From assembly GCA_004022145.1 (NCBI GenBank), contig RCNU01000001.1: 64,000 nt of DNA. One strand, 5' to 3'. Source of the DNA: Paecilomyces variotii. Lineage: Eukaryota. Shown here piece after piece: positions 59,452 to 64,000 of this stretch. The notes beneath the pieces are model-generated. The model was not told the origin of the DNA. It did no database searches and was given only the letters and a program-made list of their open reading frames with translations. Both the position numbers and the translations under genes were made by a program. Each line of letters begins with the position of its first letter. Within the stretch, counting starts at the first letter, position 1.

Positions 59452-62186
59452 CTTGATCAGTATATCTTTCCAAGCAACGAGGACAAGTTGTTTGTTTAAA
59501 CCTATACTACGACGGAGAATAAATAGATACACGCTTGTAGAGTACCAACATCGCTGACTTCTTATAAGTAGTGATTCTACACAATCATTCTGTTTGAGCA
59601 CTTCGTCCTGAAGTCTCACATTTTTCTAGATATTCGCATGCGACCCCTAGATTCAAATCCGTCCCAGAGACCCTTCCCCAGCTATATCTTATCATGTGAG
59701 AATGGCGCATGGAGTTTCCGACCCTCACATACCTCGCAAGGTCGACCGAATTCGATTCGTTAAATTGCTACTATAAGTAATACTGTTCTCCCTTATCGAA
59801 AATAAATCAAACCTCCTATACAAGTATGCGCCTCGTAGCCAAGGCGAAACGGATACATATCACGGTTTGCAATTTATAAGATGACCAAAATGCGCACAGA
59901 GTTTACTTCTGATATATTTACAGGGTCTGGACATGGCCATCTACTAGATCAGATTTCTTTAGTGAGCTACCTTAACTATCCTACATTATGGTAATACTTC
60001 CGAGGCCGCCTCATTTTGTCAGCACAGGGAAACCTTAGATGATCCTGTCTTGGTATACATTGCAAGAGAAGTAGGAAACTACTTGCGGAAATCCATTTCT
60101 AACTAGATCTGTCTGACCCTAAACGCGAGAAAGATAGAATTTGATATCCTCCCTTGCTATTCCTAATTAATTGTCGAAGATCGATACTCAGGAGACTTCA
60201 TTCTCAGACAAGGAAATTTATCAGGATCTAGAAATGCATCTATACCATACCTAGTTATCGAGTTAGATAAATAGAGTGGATTGTTCCTAAGTAGAGGAGG
60301 TTACATCTAATCAATTCGGATAATCTCGTTTTGCCTTTCACACTCGCCTAATCAGATTATCTGACTAGATCCAAGTCGGGCTTGTCGGTAAGAACGCCAA
60401 TCTACTTAACCACTCAAAGAAGAAGAGCTCCACCGCACACGATTCACAACGTCAGAGCGCTGCGCGAATGCTTGAACTGTCTTTGCATCGCCATATACTC
60501 CGCAGGTACGTCTCTGGTATAATCCCGAAAAACGAACAACATCAAATTCGACGAGTCTAATCAGGATATAATCTTTTTTTGTGATCACCGATCAACCTTC
60601 ACATGCTCAGCGCGCGCTCACTGAGTATGGAGTAGATACCCACTGAGTCTGACAGATAACAACACCTAGTTAACTAACTAGCGTCTATGGTATAATTCGA
60701 GAGGCGCTGCGTTGGGGCGTCCACCCAACTAATAATTTTGGCTGGACATCCAATAGAGTATAAGGCCAAGAGAGAAAAAAAAAGCTTGCGCAATAATAAT
60801 GGGCTACCAGAGTTCGTGATCGGGTGTTCGTACGCCATTACCGTATCTAACTTGATGCACGGATCACTAGATGCTCATGTCGGATCTATAGTATCGGTCA
60901 AAACACTGCTCTAAAAATGAGGAAAGAAACATGAGGGAATCGGTTCCTGGGCTAGAGTATCATTATTTATTATCACGATCATGGCTATTTGTATTATGGT
61001 TCGTAATGCGGCCCCTAGCAGAAAATGACCAGGGTGCTTTCTGCGCTATTTGTTGGTTAAACGCTCGATTAAAAGGAAGCTAACTACCAGTGTCTAGAAT
61101 TGCAGGGAAGTGAGACAGAGAATCCGATTGTGCCATAAAGTCAATTGTAAACGGGCCAAACTTAAGAGAAACTTTGACGGAATATACCAAAAATCAGCTG
61201 CAGAATAGTGATTCATGACTCGACACATATGCAAGGTGCATAGGCATCCCACGTCGGTCTCTTATCTTATTATTATTAGTATTATGGTGCGCTTAGCTAC
61301 TGCGCACATCTCCTCAAGAAAAGAAAAGAAGAAGAAGAAGAAAAAAAAAAGCAATACACTCTAAGTTATTCCGAGATCATCCGCCGGATCAGAGGCTCTC
61401 CTCTGTGTGTTTATTACATAAATGGACCTTGCACGCAAATCTGATTGGGCGGTCTTGTCAGCTAATATTTTCCAAAAGGTTCCGCGGAGACTCCGGATGT
61501 GTTTGCTGTTCGCAGTCGCTACTGAGTAAAAGACTGAAGATGAAACTGTTCTGTTGGCTGCGGGAGTAAAAATAATTTGTATTCCCGGACACGTTCGTGG
61601 TGGACATAGCCTGTCACAAGGATTTTTGTGAACAAAGTTATCGGATCGCCTTCTGTACCTAGCTAACTAACCTAGATAGACAATCTCTGCCTGTCGATCT
61701 GCAGATTGACACGGAGGCTTCCAATTGTAGTTATCGTCTTGGCAGATGCACCGTGGGGTGTTCGTCTTCTAGCAAGGAGCTCCAACCGGCCCACATTTAC
61801 GACTCTTCGAAGTTCGAAGTCGGCCCCTGAAGGATCATCAAGAGGGTTCTTGGACGCTAAAAGAATTAAATCATCATTATGCTTCGAAACTGATGGTAGT
61901 CTCATTATTGGGATATCAAGAAATCCACTCTGTTGCAGGGTCCCTCAGTCTCTTTGACGCTCTCCTGGTATTGCAGATAAACCAAGTCGTTAGGTGCCGC
62001 AAGTCCTCCCAAGTTGTGTTATTTTTTAATACCCTTGATAATTTTCATTGCGTGTTTTTGTTCCAGTTTCATTAGTATATGATACAAACGTCCAAGAGTT
62101 TATGGAACGTAAATCTTGTACGTAACGCCATAAATATCGTAACCGCTGCACATATTTGTCGTATTCAACCCGTGTTAGGAAGGCCT

Positions 62187-63626
62187 CTACAAGGGACCTC
62201 TATCCTCAAAAGGTGAATCATGAGTAAAGAATTCAAGTGGACTTGAAGACCCAGACGACCGGACTTCATCCTCTCCGACCCGTACATCGCAGCGTGACTC
62301 CATATGCTTCTGGTCATGATCCGGAAGGCCAAGGGCCTTTGAAGACGCCGGTAGCATTTCATGTTGGGAGTTCCTCGACTGGGTCCATGTTTCCATCTCA
62401 ATCGTACGCAATATCTCAACTCGCTCGGGCCCGTCGCTACTCGCGTGTTGCTGTGCAGATGATAACCTGGATCGGGAGTCTTTCGAGAGCCCAGTAGACC
62501 TCCAGAGTTTTTGCGTACGACCGCTTTGGCCCAAACTTGACGAGGCGAGGTTGCGCGTCGACTGAAACAACCGCGGAACGAAGTGTGCCACCAGTGGACG
62601 GAGAGCAGGTGCGGAAGCGCAAATCTTGACGACAGTTAGCAGACACACAATGTGGCAATGGGGTCTCAAAATAACGTACCAGGCCCAGGTTGATTTCAAT
62701 AGCGGCCGCAAGGAAAATCGGCCAGCCTACCCATGTTGAATCATACGAGGCGATCAGACTCTTATAAACAAAGGCTGTCCGGATGGCACCGGCCACATTG
62801 ACCACGATTCCCACGCCGAAAATGGAGATTACTGCCACGCGTTGTCGGACTGGCAGTTTCAATCTCCAGATCAGAGGCATTGGCAGAACGGTGCACAACA
62901 GATCGGTGAAGATATTGACGACACTGGCCGCAAAGACATCGTTATTCCCATTGAGACAGTGGTACGGGTAACTTGGCTCCAGATCCCAAAACGCACGAAC
63001 GGGGCTATAGGCTCGAGGTCAGCGGTCGACAAGTCATGTCGACAGAAGTAAGTAGGGCACGTACTTGCACTGAAAAATCGTCATACAGACGAACGTGATG
63101 CACATCGCTGCGACAACAAACATTGCCGCGATGAGACAGAGATTGAATGACCGAAAAGCGCCCTTAATCCCGGCTCCCAGTAGTCGCCTGCAGAACCACA
63201 GCAATGACAGCTTGGTCAGTGTCGAGGCGAAAGAGAAGAAGACCTGAAACATCATGTTGAGTTTCTCTGAAGTGGGGATCCATTCCAATGGTACATCCCA
63301 GATATGTCGGTTCCAGCCATACTGAGCGGACGCAAGAGAGGTGACAACGGCCATAGCAATCGCAAAGAGCTGCCCCGGCAGTTGTTAGCTCTATAGTTTA
63401 TGGGCAATGTTTCTCGCGGCCTTACCATGCTGACAATGATAGTCGCATCGTCGAGACCAACGCTGCCAGTGATCCTCAGCCTAGTGTAGATGCGCATGCA
63501 AACGACTAAGAACGATAGAGAGGTGAAGACGATATTGACAACTAGCAGTGCACCTCCACGACTCAGAGGATCGATGTAATTCGGCGTTGGCCAGTGGGCC
63601 ATCACGCTTGCAGGAGGCAACTGCAT
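62187..63626 (-). CDS. PTH11-like / fungal rhodopsin-domain integral membrane protein (no CFEM domain)
   Basis: MQLPP..V.AHWPTPNYIDP, R.YTR....GLDD, YGW.RHIWD, TKLSLL, IFQC, LPMPLIWRLKLP.RQR and EINLG.ICASAPALRPL; three introns. Confidence 0.88.
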
Positions 63627-64000
63627 GGTGGCAGAAAGACCGTTTGAACGAAAACCGAAACCCAACGAGCGAAGATGACCGCAGAGCGGTCACTTGGGAA
63701 GGATTGACTCCGATCTGTTATTGCAGCGCAAGAATTCAACATTTATGTCAAAGGGATGACGGTCTCCATATACCCATGCCGGCCGAATCTCCTCCAGCCA
63801 AAGTTTCAGTCAGAAGGGGACTACCCCAGGGACCAAGATTTAGTCGATACCAGCTCCATCGACAGAGACTTTGCCAAAACTGCTCGCAGAGCCGTTCTAA
63901 CGAGAGTATAAGCCGCAGTGATGCATCCACATCTTCCATCATCGCGTGGTACTGTGCAGTGAGGGGGCATTATTGGCGCCCTTAGTGTGCATCGACGGAT

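Noticed and set aside
61672-62075. Short ORFs downstream of the PTH11-like gene
   Set aside because: Interrupted by stops, with no recognisable motif.

Overview
Eukaryotic DNA from a filamentous ascomycete (Eurotiomycete-like, inferred from gene content and short GT-AG introns with CTRAC branch sites). About 20 protein-coding genes are recognisable: ETF-beta (3' end), a Ysc84/SYLF protein, an APH-like kinase, PARP, an S10 carboxypeptidase, GABA transaminase, Spt4, PP5, a DUF89 phosphatase, a Cut12-domain protein, Gcn2, Cwc2, Rbg2/DRG2, CPA1/arg-2, two adjacent desaturases, flavohemoglobin, Pbn1, Sis1, a secreted Pro/Thr/Cys protein and a PTH11-like membrane protein. A 5.3 kb Ty1/copia element with 129-bp LTRs and a GTTAA target duplication, destroyed by RIP-type C-to-T mutation, sits in the divergent cut12-like/gcn2 promoter. 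Features missing from the ORF track include a three-exon arginine attenuator uORF, NirA-type sites upstream of flavohemoglobin and a perfect heat-shock element upstream of sis1. The strongest novelty candidate is an apparently non-coding locus at about 52.5-53.4 kb: a TATA/CT-box promoter followed by about ten tandem linker-plus-hairpin modules and further strong hairpins, consistent with an undescribed structured RNA. Exon boundaries and family assignments were made by eye, without database searches.
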